Shown in pieces: positions 1 to 13,747 of a stretch of 64,000 nt of DNA. Every line of letters starts with the position of its first letter. Position 1 is the first letter of the stretch. Origin of the DNA: Antedon mediterranea (Eukaryota; Animalia; Echinodermata); NCBI RefSeq assembly GCF_964355755.1, contig NC_092680.1:13587045-13651044 (forward strand), read 5' to 3'. The notes under the pieces were generated by a model that saw only the letters and a list, made by a program, of their open reading frames with translations, had not been told where the DNA came from and did not search any database. The translations under genes and the position numbers were made by a program.

Positions 1-3000
1 AATGCATGATTCTATATTTACAACTCATCTACATTCAAAATATGTAATTTTAAAAAAGTTCACCACGTAGTTTAGAATCTATGACTGTTTAAAAAAAGGC
101 ATAATTTTGACAAATTTTTGAACTTTTTCATCAAAAATGCGCGTAAATTGTTTAATTCTACGTGTTCGTATGACGTGATTTTAAGTCGAAATTGTTTGAA
201 AGTTGGTAAATTTACTAAAAAAGACAGGAAAAACAAAAATCAAGCAAAAAAATGATGTTTTTGCGCTACGTGCGCACGCGCGCGTAAAAAAATTGCGCAC
301 AAGTGGGAATTTTTGAAATGCTCAAAATGACATGAAATGCGTAGAAAGTTGATTAGAAGTTGATTTTTCGCATTTTGAAATTTTAAACGCGCGTGCGCGC
401 GTAACTTTTTGTGAAACATGCCATTTTTAATCCAAAGAAAGTTTGCGCATTATATGACTTAAATTTTCACCAAATTTCAATTAAAAAGGACTTTTAGTTT
501 TTATTCTATGATCAATCATTGAAATTCACAAAATCGCGCGTAACTTACGCTGCGCAACTCGAAATTTGAAAAAAAAAGTTTCTTGCACATCTACAGCTAC
601 AGGGCAATATTTTGACAAAGTTATATAATCATTTGTTAGCCAGAATTAGAGATATGCTTGCAACAAAATTCGGGGAAAGAAAGAAGAAAATAGAAAAAAA
701 AAGAGAAAAATAAAAAAAAAAAAGATCCTGACAATAACAAGAGGTTATCCGCCAAGTGCGGATAACCAACTAGATTTGAACTCGTCACTACGGACGAGTT
801 AGGTTATCCGCAGCGCAAAAGCCACATGCACGTCGTACGTTAGAATATTGCGCGCAGATAAACGATGATGCCATTGAAACAATTTCAGTTTTCTCTCTAT
901 TTTGCGTCACGTCTAAGTATATACGGTATACACTATATTATACTCTATACGTACTACATACAGTGCAGAATAGGTGAAAATAAGTGACCAAAGTTATTGA
1001 CGCTTTTGGACATGATGACGTCATCACAATTTTTAAACTAATGAATCATGCGAAAGATAATTGATTGACTTAGACAATATAAAGAAATGGAGGGCAATGG
1101 AATACGGATAAGTCGAGATGCGCTCTATTAAATGTGATGAGCTATATGAAAGAGAAAAAAATCCTATATTTTATATTTGAGTGGCCATACGATGACGTCA
1201 CAATGTCCAGTTAGCTATATTGATGCATGATTCGATATCTACAACTCATCTACTTCCACAATATGTAATTTAAAAAAAGTTCACCACGTAGTTTAGAATC
1301 TATGACTTTTTAAAAAAAGGCATAATTTTCACAAATTTTTGAACTTTTTCATCAAAAACGCGCGCAAATTGTTCAATTCTACGTGCTCGTATGACGTGAT
1401 TTTAAGTCAAAATTCATTGAAAATTGGTAAATTTACTAGAAAAGGCTGAAAAAACAAAAATCAAGCAAAAAAAATATGTTTTTGCGCTACGTGCGCACGC
1501 GCGCGTAAAAAAATGCGCGCTGGTGGGAATTTTTTAAATGCTCAAAATAACCTGAAACGCGTAGAAAGTTGATTAAAAATTGATTTTGCGCAATTTTAAA
1601 TTTTAAACGCGCGTGCGCGCGTAACTTTTTGCGCAACCGGCCATTTTTAATCTACAGAAAGTTTGCGCTTTATATGACTTAAATTTTCACCAAGTTTCAA
1701 TACAAAATGACTTTTGGTTTTTAATCTATGATCAATAATTGAAATTCATAAAATCGCGCGTAACTTACGCTGCGCGACTCGAAATTTGAAAAAAAAAGTT
1801 TCTTGCACATCTACAGATATAGGGCAATCTTTTAACAAAGTTATACAATCTTCTGTTGGCTAGAATTAGAGATACGCTGCCCACAAAAAATGGGAGAGAA
1901 GTGTGGAAAGAAAGAAATAAATACTAGACTTGAACTCGTCACTACGGACGAGTTAGGTTATCCGCAGCGCAAAGGCCACGTGCACGTCATACGTTAGAAT
2001 ATTGCGCGCAGACAAACGATTAAGGCATTGAAACAATTTCAGTGTGCTCTCTATTTTTCGTCACGTCTAAGTATATACGGTATAACACTATATATTGTAT
2101 ACCTAATACATACAGTGCAGAATAGGTGAAAATAAGTGACCAAAGTTATTGACGCTTTTGAACATGATGACGTCATCACAATTTTTCAAATGGTGAATCG
2201 TGCGAAAGATAATTGATTGACCTAGACAACATAACAAAATGGGGGGAAATGGAATACGGATAAGTGGAGATGCGCTCTAGTAAATGTGATGAGCTATGCG
2301 AAAGAGACAAAAATTTTATATTTTATATTCCAGTGGCCATACGATGACGTCACAATGTCCGGTTAGCCATATGGATGCATGATTTGATATCTGCAACTCA
2401 TCTACATTCAGAATATGTAATTTTAAAAAAGTTCACCACGTAGTTTAGAATCTATGACTGTTTAAAAAAAGGCATAATTTTGACAAATTTTTGAACTTTT
2501 TCATCAAAAATGCGCGTAAATTGTTTAATTCTACGTGCTCGTATGACGTGATTTTAAGTTGAAATTGTTTGAAAGTTGGTAAATTTGCTTAAAAAGACAG
2601 GAAAAACAAAAATCAAGCAAAAAAATGATGTTTTTGCGCTACGTGCGCACGCGCGCGTAAAAAAATTGCGCACGCGTGGGAATTTTTCAAATGCTCTAAA
2701 TGACCTGAAACGCGTAGAAAGTTGATTAGAAATTGAATTTTCGCATTTTGAAATTTTAAACACGCGTGCGCGCGTAACTTTCTGTAAAACATGCCATTTT
2801 TAATCCATAGAAAGTTTGCGCTTGATATGACTTAAATTTTCACCAAGTTTCAATACAAAATGACTTTTGCTTTTTAATCTATGATCAATCATTGAAATTC
2901 ATAAAATCGCGCGTAACTTACGCTGCGCAACTCGAAAATCAAAAATCAAAGTTTCTTGCACATCTACAGATATAGGTCAATCTTATGACAAAGTTTTACA

Positions 3001-5572
3001 ATCTTATGTTAGCCAGAATTAGAGATATGCGTGCAACAAAATTCTTGGAAAGAAAGAAGAAAATAGAAAAAAAAGAAAAAAAAAAAAAAGAAAAAAAAAA
3101 AAAAGATCCTGACAATAACAAGGGGTTATCCGCCAAGAGCGGATAACCAACTAGATTTGAACTCGTCACTACGGACGAGTTAGGTTATCCGCATCACAAA
3201 CGCCACGTGCACGTCATACGTTGGAATATTGCGCGCAGAAAAACGATTATGCCATTGAAAAAATATTAGTGCGCTCTCTATTTTGCGTCACGTAAGTATA
3301 TACGGTATACACTGTATTCTGTATACGTACTACATACAGTGCAGAATAGGTGAAAATAAGGGACCCAAGTTATTGACGCTTTTGGACATGATGACGTCAT
3401 CACAATTTAAAAAATGGTAGATTATGCGAAAGATAATTGATTGGCCTAGACAATATAACAAAATGGGGGGAAATGGAATACGGATAAGTGGAGATGCGCT
3501 CTATTAAATGTGATGAGCTATGCGAAAGAGACAAAAATCCTATATTTTATATTCGAGTGGCCATACGATGACGTCACAATGTCCGGTTAGCCATATCGAT
3601 GCATGATTTGATATTTACAACTCATCTACTTCCAGAATCTGAAATTTTAAATATTTTCAACTTGGAGTTTAGAATCTATGACTTTTTAAAAAAAGGCATA
3701 ATTTTCACGAATTTTTGAACTTTTTCATCAAAAACGCGCGCAAATTGTTCAATTCTACGTGCTCGTATGACGTGATTTTAAGTCGAAATTGTTTGAAAGT
3801 TGGTAAAATTACTAGAGAAGGCTGAAAAAACAAAAATCAAGCAAAAAAAACATGTTTTTGCGTTACGTGCGCACGCGCGCGTAAAAATATTGCGCACGCG
3901 TGGGAATTTTTGAAATGCTCAAAATGACATGAAACGCGTAGAAATTTGATTAAAAATGAATTTTGCGCATTTTGAAATTTTGAACGCGCGTGCGCGCGTA
4001 ACTTTATGTTAAACATGCCATTTTTAATCCATAGAAATTTTGCGCATGATATAACTTAAATTTTCACCAAGTTTCATTAGAAAATGACTTTTGGTTTTTA
4101 ATCTATGATCAATCATTGAAATTCATAAATTTGCGCGTAACTTACGCTGCGCAACTCAAAAATCAAAAAACAAAGTTTCTTGCACATCTACAGATATAGG
4201 TAAATCTTATGACAAAGTTATACAATCTTATGTTTGCCAGTATTAGAGATACGCTCCCAACAAAATTCGTGGAAAGAAAGAAGAATAAAGAAAAAAAAAA
4301 AAAAAAAAAAAGATCCTGACAATAACAAGGGTTATCCGCCAAGTGCGGATAACCAAAAAAAAAAAAAGATCCTGACAATAACAAGGGGTTATCCGCCAAG
4401 TGCGGATAACCAACTAGATTTGAACTCGTCACTACGGACGAGTTAGGTTATCCGCAGTCCTATAGCCACGTGCACGTCATACGTTGGAATATTGCGCGCA
4501 GAAAAACGATTATGCCATTGAAAAAATGTGAGTGCGCTCTCTATTTTGTGTCACGTCAAGTGTATACGGTATACACTATATACCGTATACGTACTACATA
4601 CAGTTCAGAATAGGTGAAAATAAGTGACCAAAGTTATTGACGCTTTTGCACATGATGACGTCATAACAATTTTTAAAATGGTCAATCATGCGAAAGATAA
4701 TTGATTGATATAGACAATATAAAGAAATTGAGGGCAATGGAATACGGATAAGTGGAGATGCGCTCTATTAAATGTGATGAGCTATACGAAAGAGAAAAAA
4801 ATCCTATATTTTATATTCGAGTGGCCATACGATGACGTCACAATGTCCTGATAGCCATATTGATACATGATTCGATATCTACAACTCATCTACTACCAGA
4901 ATATGTAATTATAAAAAAGTTTACCACGTAGTTTAGAATCTATGACTGTTTAAAAAAAGGCATAATTTTGACAAATTTTTGGACTTTTTCATCAAAATTG
5001 CGCGCAAATTGTTTAATTCTACGTGCTCGTATGACGAGATTTTAAGGCAAAATTGATTGAAAATTGGTAAATATATTATAAAAGACAGAAAAAACAAAAA
5101 TCAAGCAAAAAAAAGATGTTTTTGCGCTACGTGCGCACGCGCGCGTAAAAAAATTGCGCAAGCCTGGGAATTTTTGAAATGCTCAAAATGATATGAAACG
5201 CGTAGAAAATTGATTAGAAGTTGATTTTTTGCATTTTGAAATTTTAAACGCGCGTGCGCGCGTAACTTTCTGTGAAACATGCAATTTTTAATCCATAGAA
5301 AGTTTGCGCTTGATATGACTTAAATTTTCACAAAGTTTCAATACAAAATAACTTTCGGTTTTTAATCTATGATCAATCATTTAAATTCATAAAATCGCGC
5401 GTAACTTACGCTGCGCAACTCAAAATTCATAAAAAAAAGTTTCTTGCACATCTACAGCAACAGGGCAATCTTTTGACAAAGTTATACAATCATATGTTGG
5501 CCAGAGTTAGAGATACGCTGCGAACAAAATTCGTGGAAAGAAAGAAGAACATAGAAAAAAAAAAAAAAGAAA
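1..5572 (-). mobile_element. Left part of a cluster of ~1.2-kb non-autonomous Helentron/Helitron2-type units (first unit truncated by the window edge)
   Basis: The same diverged body recurs, with CTAGA(T/C)TTGAACTCGTCACTACGGACGAGTTAGGTTATCCGCA starting at 770, 1924, 3151 and 4414. End modules GATCCTGACAATAACAAG(A/G)GGTTATCCGCCAAG(T/A)GCGGATAACC occur at 724, 3105, 4312 and 4368. On the minus strand this reads 5' TT + subTIR/IR palindrome ... subTIR TGCGGATAACC + hairpin AACTCGTC-6nt-GACGAGTT + CTAG 3', the Helentron/DINE-1-type terminal architecture. No TSDs. Confidence 0.9.
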
Positions 5573-7694
5573 CTAGATTTGAACTCGTCACTACGGACGA
5601 GTTAGGTTATCCGCAGCGCACGTCATACGTTAGAATATTGCGCACAGAAAAATGTTTATGCGCTCTCTACTTTTATGGTGAAAGTGTGGTGAATTGTGTC
5701 TGGGCCTACAGCATTTATGTTACTTTTGGCGACGATTGCGTGCCATATTAGTAAAGAACAACGTGGTTACACCTCCATGTTGGATTTGTAATATTATAGC
5801 CTAGTATTGCTCCCGATATTGCTTTGCAATTTTATATTGTTAAAACGAACATATAGCCTATATTAAAAAAGTTTAAACACAATTGTGTTAAATATAATAG
5901 GCCTAGTTAGAAATAGGTAAGATATATTTTGATTAATTTGGATTGTTGATTTGTAATATTTAATTGTTTTTGTGTTTGCCATCAAAATGAAATGGCCTAG
6001 CCTATAGCCTAGGCCCTAGGCTAGGCCTAGCTAGGTTAGGCCTAGCCGTGTCCCGGATTACCTCTTCAGGAAGGCCTAGACCTAGCCTAGGTTTAGTTGT
6101 ACAGTACTGTAGTAGAGGCATAGTGACGCTAGCCTAGTTCCATTTTGCATCTGGCTTATAACTATATATTAATTCCTAATTTGTTAACAAACTTTATCTT
6201 GAATACCATGCCTTAAAATTAAACACAGGTATAATATTATAGCCTACTCTACTTAGCATTGTTAGCAAGCTGAGTCTGCTTTGCGAAGTTCTCTTCTATG
6301 CCTACTAGCCTAGGCCTCCTAGGTAGGGGCTAGGGCTAGTTTTTAGTTGTATCAGTTCCTAAAGAGTTGGAAGAGATACATGTACAGTAATAGCATTATT
6401 GTTTCTACAGTACTTCATAATCTCTAGAATATCGTAAATAGTGAACATAAAATAAATAATTTGTAGAGATGATTTATGGTCTCATGATTGGGAGTGAAGT
6501 GTTGCCTGTTATTTTGTAGGCATTTACTATTATGAAACATTTACATAATTCAGATTTTATTGTTTGTGATCAAACTATTAAATGAAATTACCATTGAGAC
6601 AACATGTAGGCCCCAATTAGCTGGCCCATAGCCAAAGTCATTTAAAGGAAATTTCCTAATTTTTCAGACATTGATTAAGAAGCTTGTTGATTTGGAAAAA
6701 GTGTTAATGTTGTTTATTGCCATTATCAATGTTTTTCCTTGTATTTTTTAGATTGTAATTGTTTTTTTAATTGTTTTTTATTAACAGAAGATTTACAGTT
6801 TCAGCTACAGCTGTGAGTATTAGTAGGGCAATTCCACAATTTTTTTGGGGATTTTGAAAATTTTCAACTTTTAGCAGTCTTAACATGTTTGATATCAAAC
6901 TAAAGCTAATGTTATATACTTTCAGGATATTTAAGTGGTAAAAAAAAAAAGAGATATATACAGGCATATTTCCATTTAAAATAATGATATTTAGAAAACT
7001 TAAAAAATAAAACAATATGAGGTTTACTTAAATCCTATAACAGACAACTAAATCCTAATTTATACATTTAGAATTTATAATTTTAGAATTAAAGAACTAA
7101 ATATATTGTTTGAGATTTTGTTTAAAAAAATTTAATTAATTAATTAAAATGAATTAATCGACATAGAATTATTAAGGAGGGGCCAACATAATTATTAATA
7201 ATTTTGTCGGGTTGTTACCAAAAAACATTTTTTTAATTTAAGAATCATGCACCTTCTTGACAATTACTGTATAATATTTTCCAAACTATTAAAAATTATA
7301 GCTTTACATACACTCATAAGGTTACTTTTTTTTGAAACCTTCTTTTTACATTTTTATATGATATTAAAAGGTGTCTGATTGTTACCGAGTTGGTCACAGA
7401 CTGACATGTCAGTCTGTGACCAGTGTTATTACAGTATAAGCTAAACCAGCATTTTTACAGTAAAATTTATTTTAATATGCTTTAAAATCAATAATCAAAA
7501 TATATAGTATATAGTTTTAAAAAATTGAATTAATCAACATAGAAATATTAGAGAGGGGCCAACATTTATTAATGATTTTGTCGGGTTGTTACCGAAAAAC
7601 AACATTTATTTTTAAATTTAAGAACCATGCACCTTCTTGACAATTATAATATTTTCCAAACTATTAAAAATTATAGTATTACATATACTCATGA

Positions 7695-10600
7695 AAAAAT
7701 GTTAATGTTGTTTATTGCCATTATCAATGTTTTGCCTTGTTTTTTTTAGATTGTAGAAAATATACAGTTTCAGCTACAGCTGTGAGTATCAGTAGATTAT
7801 CTGTTAAACAGAGAAAACATATTTTCCTTACTTTGTGAACTGTTGCCTGCCCTAATCAGCCGTTTCATACCCAAAGTCATTTTGAGGAAATTTCTTAATT
7901 TTTCAGACATTGATTAAGAAGCGTGTTGATTTGGAAAAAGTGTTAATGTTGTTTATTACCATTATCAATGTTTTTCCTTGTTTTTTTTAGATTGTAGAAA
8001 ATATAGAGTTTCAGCTACAGCTGTGAGTATCAGTAGATTATCTGTTAAACGGAGAAAACATAATTTCCTTACTTTGTGAACTGTTGCCTGCCCTAATCAG
8101 CCGTCTCATACCCAAAGTCATTTTGAGGAAATTTCTTAATTTTTCAAACATTGATTAAGAAGCTTGTTGATTTGGAAAAAGTGTTAATGTTGTTTATTAC
8201 CATTATTAATGTTTTTCCTTGTTTTTTTTAGATTGTAGAAAATATACAGTTTTAGCTACAGCTGTGAGTATCAGTAGATTATTTGTTAAACGGAGAAAAC
8301 ATATTTTCCTTACTTTGTGAACTGTTGCCTGCCCTAATCAGTCGTCTCATACCCAAAGTCATTTTGAGGAAATTTCTTAATTTTTCAGACATTGATTAAG
8401 AAGCTTGTTGATTTGAAACAAGGCCAACAGCCATTAAGTCGCGTGCTACAATGCATAGTGATACCGGACCGACAGACAAACAGACCGACAGACAGACGGA
8501 CCGACCGACATAGTGAACTATACTGACCGAAATTACTGAACATGTTTAAAAATGTTGAAATGTTTAAAAACATTTATATTTTTTTAATTTACACGTGCGT
8601 AGCCTGTCACTTTTGACGTGCTCGTATAACGTAATTTCGAGTTGAAAAGTAAGTCAAGAAAACAGAAATCGGGCAAAAAGAGTGCGCAACAACATTTAAC
8701 GCGCAGTGCGCGCGCAAAAATCTGCGCACTCATGGCAATTTTGTAAACGCTTAAAATTGCCTGAAACGTACTCTTATTTCATCGAAAATAAATTTTGAAA
8801 ATTTTATGCGCGCGTACGAATGCGTTACATGCGCTACGCACGTAATTGTATTGCCATATGATGATTTATGCCCTGAAATTTATGAGTACCAAATTTTATT
8901 TAATTGTGATTCATGGTTGTTAAGATATGATTACAAACGTGATTTCGTTAAATCGTGCGTAGACCGCGTAATTTTTTATTGCGCACCGTGAAATCATAAC
9001 CACATCGATTCCTGGCCATAAGGAATATTCTGTGAAAAATTGATTTAGCTAGATTAAACTGATATCAAGATAAGGTCATAAAACGATAAAACGCATAGTG
9101 ATACCGGACCGACAGACAGACAGACAGACAGACCGACCGACATAGTGAATTATAGAGTCGCTTCCACGCGACTAAAAAGTGTTAATGTTGTTTATTGCCA
9201 TTATCAATGTTTTTCCTTGTTTTTTTTTAGATTGTAGAAAATATACAGTTTCAGCTACAGCTGTGAGTATCAGTAGATTATCTGTTAAACGGAGAAAACA
9301 TATTTTCCTTACTTTGTGAACTGTTGCCTGTTATTTTGTAGACATTTTCTATTATGAAACATTTACGTAATTCAGATTTTATTGTTTGTGATCAAACAAT
9401 TAAATGAAATTACCATTGAGACAACATGTAGGCCGCAATCAGCCGGCCCATACCCAAAGTCATTTTGAGGAAATTTCCTAATTTTTCAGCCATTGATTAA
9501 GAAGCATGTTGATTTGGAAAAAGTGTTAATGTTGTTTAGTGCCATTATCAATGTTTTTTCTTGTTTTTTTAGATTGTAGAAAATATACAGTGTTAGCTAC
9601 AGCTGTGAGTATTAGTAGATTATCTGTTAAACGGAGAAAACATATTTTCCTTACTTTGTGAACAGTTGCCTGTTATTTTATAGGCATTTTCTATTATGAA
9701 ACATTTACATAATTCAGATTTTATGGTTTGTGAATAAAATATTAAATGAAATTAGCATTGAGACAACATGTAGGCCCTAACCAGCCGTCCCATACCTAAA
9801 GTCATTTTGAGGAAATTTCTTAATTTTTCAGACCTTGATTAAGAAGCATGTTGATTTGGAAAAAGTGTTAATGTTGTTTATTGCCAATTATTAATGTTTT
9901 TCCTTGTTTTTTTTTTAGATTGTAGAAAATATACAGTGTCAGCTACAGCTGTGAGTATTAGTAGATTATCTGTTAAACGGAGAAAACATATTTTCTTTAC
10001 TTTGTGAACCGTTGCCTGTTATTTTGTAGGCATTTTCTATTATGTAATATTTACATCATTCAGATTTTATGGTTTGTGAATAAAATATTAAATGAAATTA
10101 GCATTGAGACAACATGTAGGCCCTAACCAGCTGTCTCATACCCAAAGTCATTTTGAGGAATTTCTTAATTTTTCAGACATTGATTAAGAAGCATGTTGAT
10201 TTGGAAAAAGTGTTAATTTTGTTTATTGCCAATTTATTAATGTTTTTCCTTGTTTTTTTGTTTTAGATTGTAGAACATATACAGTGTTAGCTACAGCTGT
10301 GAGTATTAGTAGATTATCTGTTAAACGGAGAAAACATATTTTCCTTACTTTGTGAACTGTTGCCTGTTATTTTGTAGACATTTTCTATTATGAAACATTT
10401 ACGTAATTCAGATTTTATTGTTTGTGATCAAATAATTAAATGAAATTACCATTGAGACAACATGTAGGCCGCAATCAGCTGGCCCATACCCAAAGTCATT
10501 TTGAGGAAATTTCCTAATTTTTCAGACATTGATTAAGAAGCTTGTTGATTTAGGAAAAGGGTTAATGTTGTTTATTGCCATTATCAATGTTTTTCCTTGT

Positions 10601-12760
10601 TGTTTTTAGATTGTAGAAAATATACAGTTTCAGCTACAGCTGTGAGTATCAGTAGATTATCTGTTAAACGGAGAAAACATATTTTCTTTACTTTGTGAAC
10701 CGTTGCCTGTTATTTTGTAGGCATTTTCTATTATGTAACATTTACATCATTCAGATTTTATTGTTTGTGATCAAACAATTAAATGAAATTACCATTGAGA
10801 CAACATGTAGGCCGCAATCAGCCGGCCCATACCCAAAGTCATTTTGAGGAAATTTCCTAATTTTTCAGCCATTGATTAAGAAGCATGTTGATTTGGAAAA
10901 AGTGTTAATGTTGTTTAGTGCCATTATCAATGTTTTTTCTTGTTTTTTTAGATTGTAGAAAATATACAGTGTTAGCTACAGCTGTGAGTATTAGTAGATT
11001 ATCTGTTAAACGGAGAAAACATATTTTCCTTACTTTGTGAACAGTTGCCTGTTATTTTATAGGCATTTTCTATTATGAAACATTTACATAATTCAGATTT
11101 TATGGTTTGAGAATAAAATATTAAATGAAATTAGCATTGAGACAACATGTAGGCCCTAACCAGCCGTCCCATACCTAAAGTCATTTTGAGGAAATTTCTT
11201 AATTTTTCAGACCTCGATTAAGAAGCATGTTGATTTGGAAAAAGTGTTAATGTTGTTTATTGCCAATTATTAATGTTTTTCCTTGTTTTTTTTTTAGATT
11301 GTAGAAAATATACAGTGTCAGCTACAGCTGTGAGTATTAGTAGATTATCTGTTAAACGGAGAAAACATATTTTCTTTACTTTGTGAACCGTTGCCTGTTA
11401 TTTTGTAGGCATTTTCTATTATGTAATATTTACATCATTCAGATTTTATGGTTTGTGAATAAAATATTAAATGAAATTAGCATTGAGACAACATGTAGGC
11501 CCTAACCAGCTGTCTCATACCCAAAGTCATTTTGAGGAATTTCTTAATTTTTCAGACATTGATTAAGAAGCATGTTGATTTGGAAAAAGTGTTAATTTTG
11601 TTTATTGCCAATTTATTAATGTTTTTCCTTGTTTTTTTGTTTTAGATTGTAGAACATATACAGTGTTAGCTACAGCTGTGAGTATTAGTAGATTATCTGT
11701 TAAACGGAGAAAACATATTTTCCTTACTTTGTGAACTGTTGCCTGTTATTTTGTAGACATTTTCTATTATGAAACATTTACGTAATTCAGATTTTATTGT
11801 TTGTGATCAAATAATTAAATGAAATTACCATTGAGACAACATGTAGGCCGCAATCAGCTGGCCCATACCCAAAGTCATTTTGAGGAAATTTCCTAATTTT
11901 TCAGACATTGATTAAGAAGCTTGTTGATTTAGGAAAAGGGTTAATGTTGTTTATTGCCATTATCAATGTTTTTCCTTGTTGTTTTTAGATTGTAGAAAAT
12001 ATACAGTTTCAGCTACAGCTGTGAGTATCAGTAGATTATCTGTTAAACGGAGAAAACATATTTTCTTTACTTTGTGAACCGTTGCCTGTTATTTTGTAGG
12101 CATTTTCTATTATGTAACATTTACATCATTCAGATTTTATGGTTTGTGAATAAAATATTAAATGAAATTAGCATTAAGACAACATGTAGGCCCTAACCAG
12201 CTGTCTAATACCCAAAGTCATTTTGAGGAATTTCTTAATTTTTCAGACATTGATTAAGAAGCATGTTGATTTGGAAAAAGTGTTAATGTTGTTTATTGCC
12301 AATTATTAATGTTTTTCCTTGTTTTTTTTTTTAGATTGTAGAACATATACAGTGTCAGCTACAGCTGTGAGTATTAGTAGATTATCTGTTAAACGGATAA
12401 AACATATTTTCTTTACTTTGTGAACCGTTGCCTGTTATTTTGTAGGCATGTTCTATTATGAAACATTTACATAATTCAGATTTTATGGTTTGTGAATAAA
12501 ATATTAAATGAAATTAGCATTGAGACAACATGTAGGCCCTAACCAGCTGTCTAATACCCAAAGTCATTTTGAGAAAATTTTTTAATTTTTCAGACATTGA
12601 TTAAGAAGCATGTTGATTTTGAAAAAGTGTTAATGTTGTTTATTGCCATTATTAATGATTTTCCTTTTATTTTTTAGATTGTAGTTGTACAGAAAATATA
12701 CAGTGCCAGTTACAGCTGTGAGTATTAGAAAATTATCTGTAAAACGGAAAAAACATATTT
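7695..12760. repeat. Tandem repeat array inside the Helentron: ~242-bp units (7695-8415) and ~345-bp units (9175-12760), with a ~1379-bp higher-order duplication
   Basis: AAAAAGTGTTAATGTTGTTTATTGCCATTATCAATG...CAGCTACAGCTGTGAGTAT recurs with period ~242, then ~345. The diagnostic variant TTGTTTAGTGCC recurs at ~9532 and ~10911. A partial earlier copy lies at ~6500-6830. Confidence 0.9.
8416..9175 (-). mobile_element. Non-autonomous Helentron (DINE-1/HINE-like) of a second terminus family, inserted into the internal tandem array
   Basis: Interrupts GATTTG(G)AAAAAGTG within its A run, with no TSD. subTIRs AGTCGCGTG (8437) and CACGCGACT (9165), partial IR AGTCGC, (GACA/GACC)n microsatellite, and small hairpin GGCCAACAGCC. 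Confidence 0.85.
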
Positions 12761-13509
12761 TCCTTAATTTATGCCCTCCCTTAATTGATAAACATGTGTT
12801 GTTTGTAAATTTACTATACTGAGTGACCAAATATTTTTGTGTATAAAATTCTATTTTATTAGAACATTGAATAATTAAACATATTTTCAGATTAATTTTG
12901 AAGGTGAAATTGTTATGAAAGAATTTGTTTCCGACACATTCCATGTAATGAAGTTTTGACATATTTTTAGGTCAAAATATCTTCTATAGTGATTTATTTA
13001 TATTGTATAAACCAAAGTCACAAATATATTATCACAATTTACTTCAAAATTTGGGACAATCATCCTTTTTAACATAAATGTGGTGGTCAGTTTCTCCAGA
13101 CATAAATTTGCAATTTTATAAAATGGATCTATCCTGAATTTAGTAATGAGTTGGTCCTAATTTGTTTTGCTAGGCCCAATAGATCATGTTACATTCCACA
13201 GGGGGGATGTGTATATTATTATTTAGGTATTTGTAAAAACACTGATTTATCTACTGATTCAATTTATAATTGTTTGACTGTAATTCTTAGTACTGTACAG
13301 TGTATCTTAAAATTAATAACTAACTCTTTTTTTTTTTTTTTTATTGTAGGTGACTGTCTTATATAAACCCACTGGATCTCAGAAGAGATCCGGGTCTTTA
13401 GAAAAAGATCCACTCTCCAAAGAGAGTTTCTACGAGGGGTTACCGAATTTTAATATTTATGCACAATTTCTTTTTAAACATTTTTTAAAAGTATCTTTAA
13501 AACATTCAG

Positions 13510-13747
13510 AAAAAACTAATAAACAAAAGTTTATTACAAAGCAATTTTGCAAAAGCAAAAGTGTAAAACCTTGAAGATAACAGAAGTTAATCACAAGGAA
13601 ACAACTAATAAACAAAAGTTTATTACAAAACCATTTTTGCAAAAGCAAAAGTGTAAAACCTTGAAGATAACAGAAGTTAATCACAAGGAAACAATTAATA
13701 AACAAAAGTTTATTACAAAACCATTTTTTGCAAAAGCAAAAGTGTAA
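13510..13747. repeat. ~81-bp tandem repeat (about 3 copies) upstream of the RepHel ORF
   Basis: AATAAACAAAAGTTTATTACAAAA...GCAAAAGCAAAAGTGTAAA recurs at ~13518, 13606 and 13696; spacing is about 88 bp start to start including the linker, estimated by eye. Confidence 0.7.

Noticed and set aside
2554-5751. Short ORFs in the 1.2-kb units (also 26882-28893)
   Set aside because: Not conserved between units, span poly-A tracts and junctions, and show no recognisable domains.
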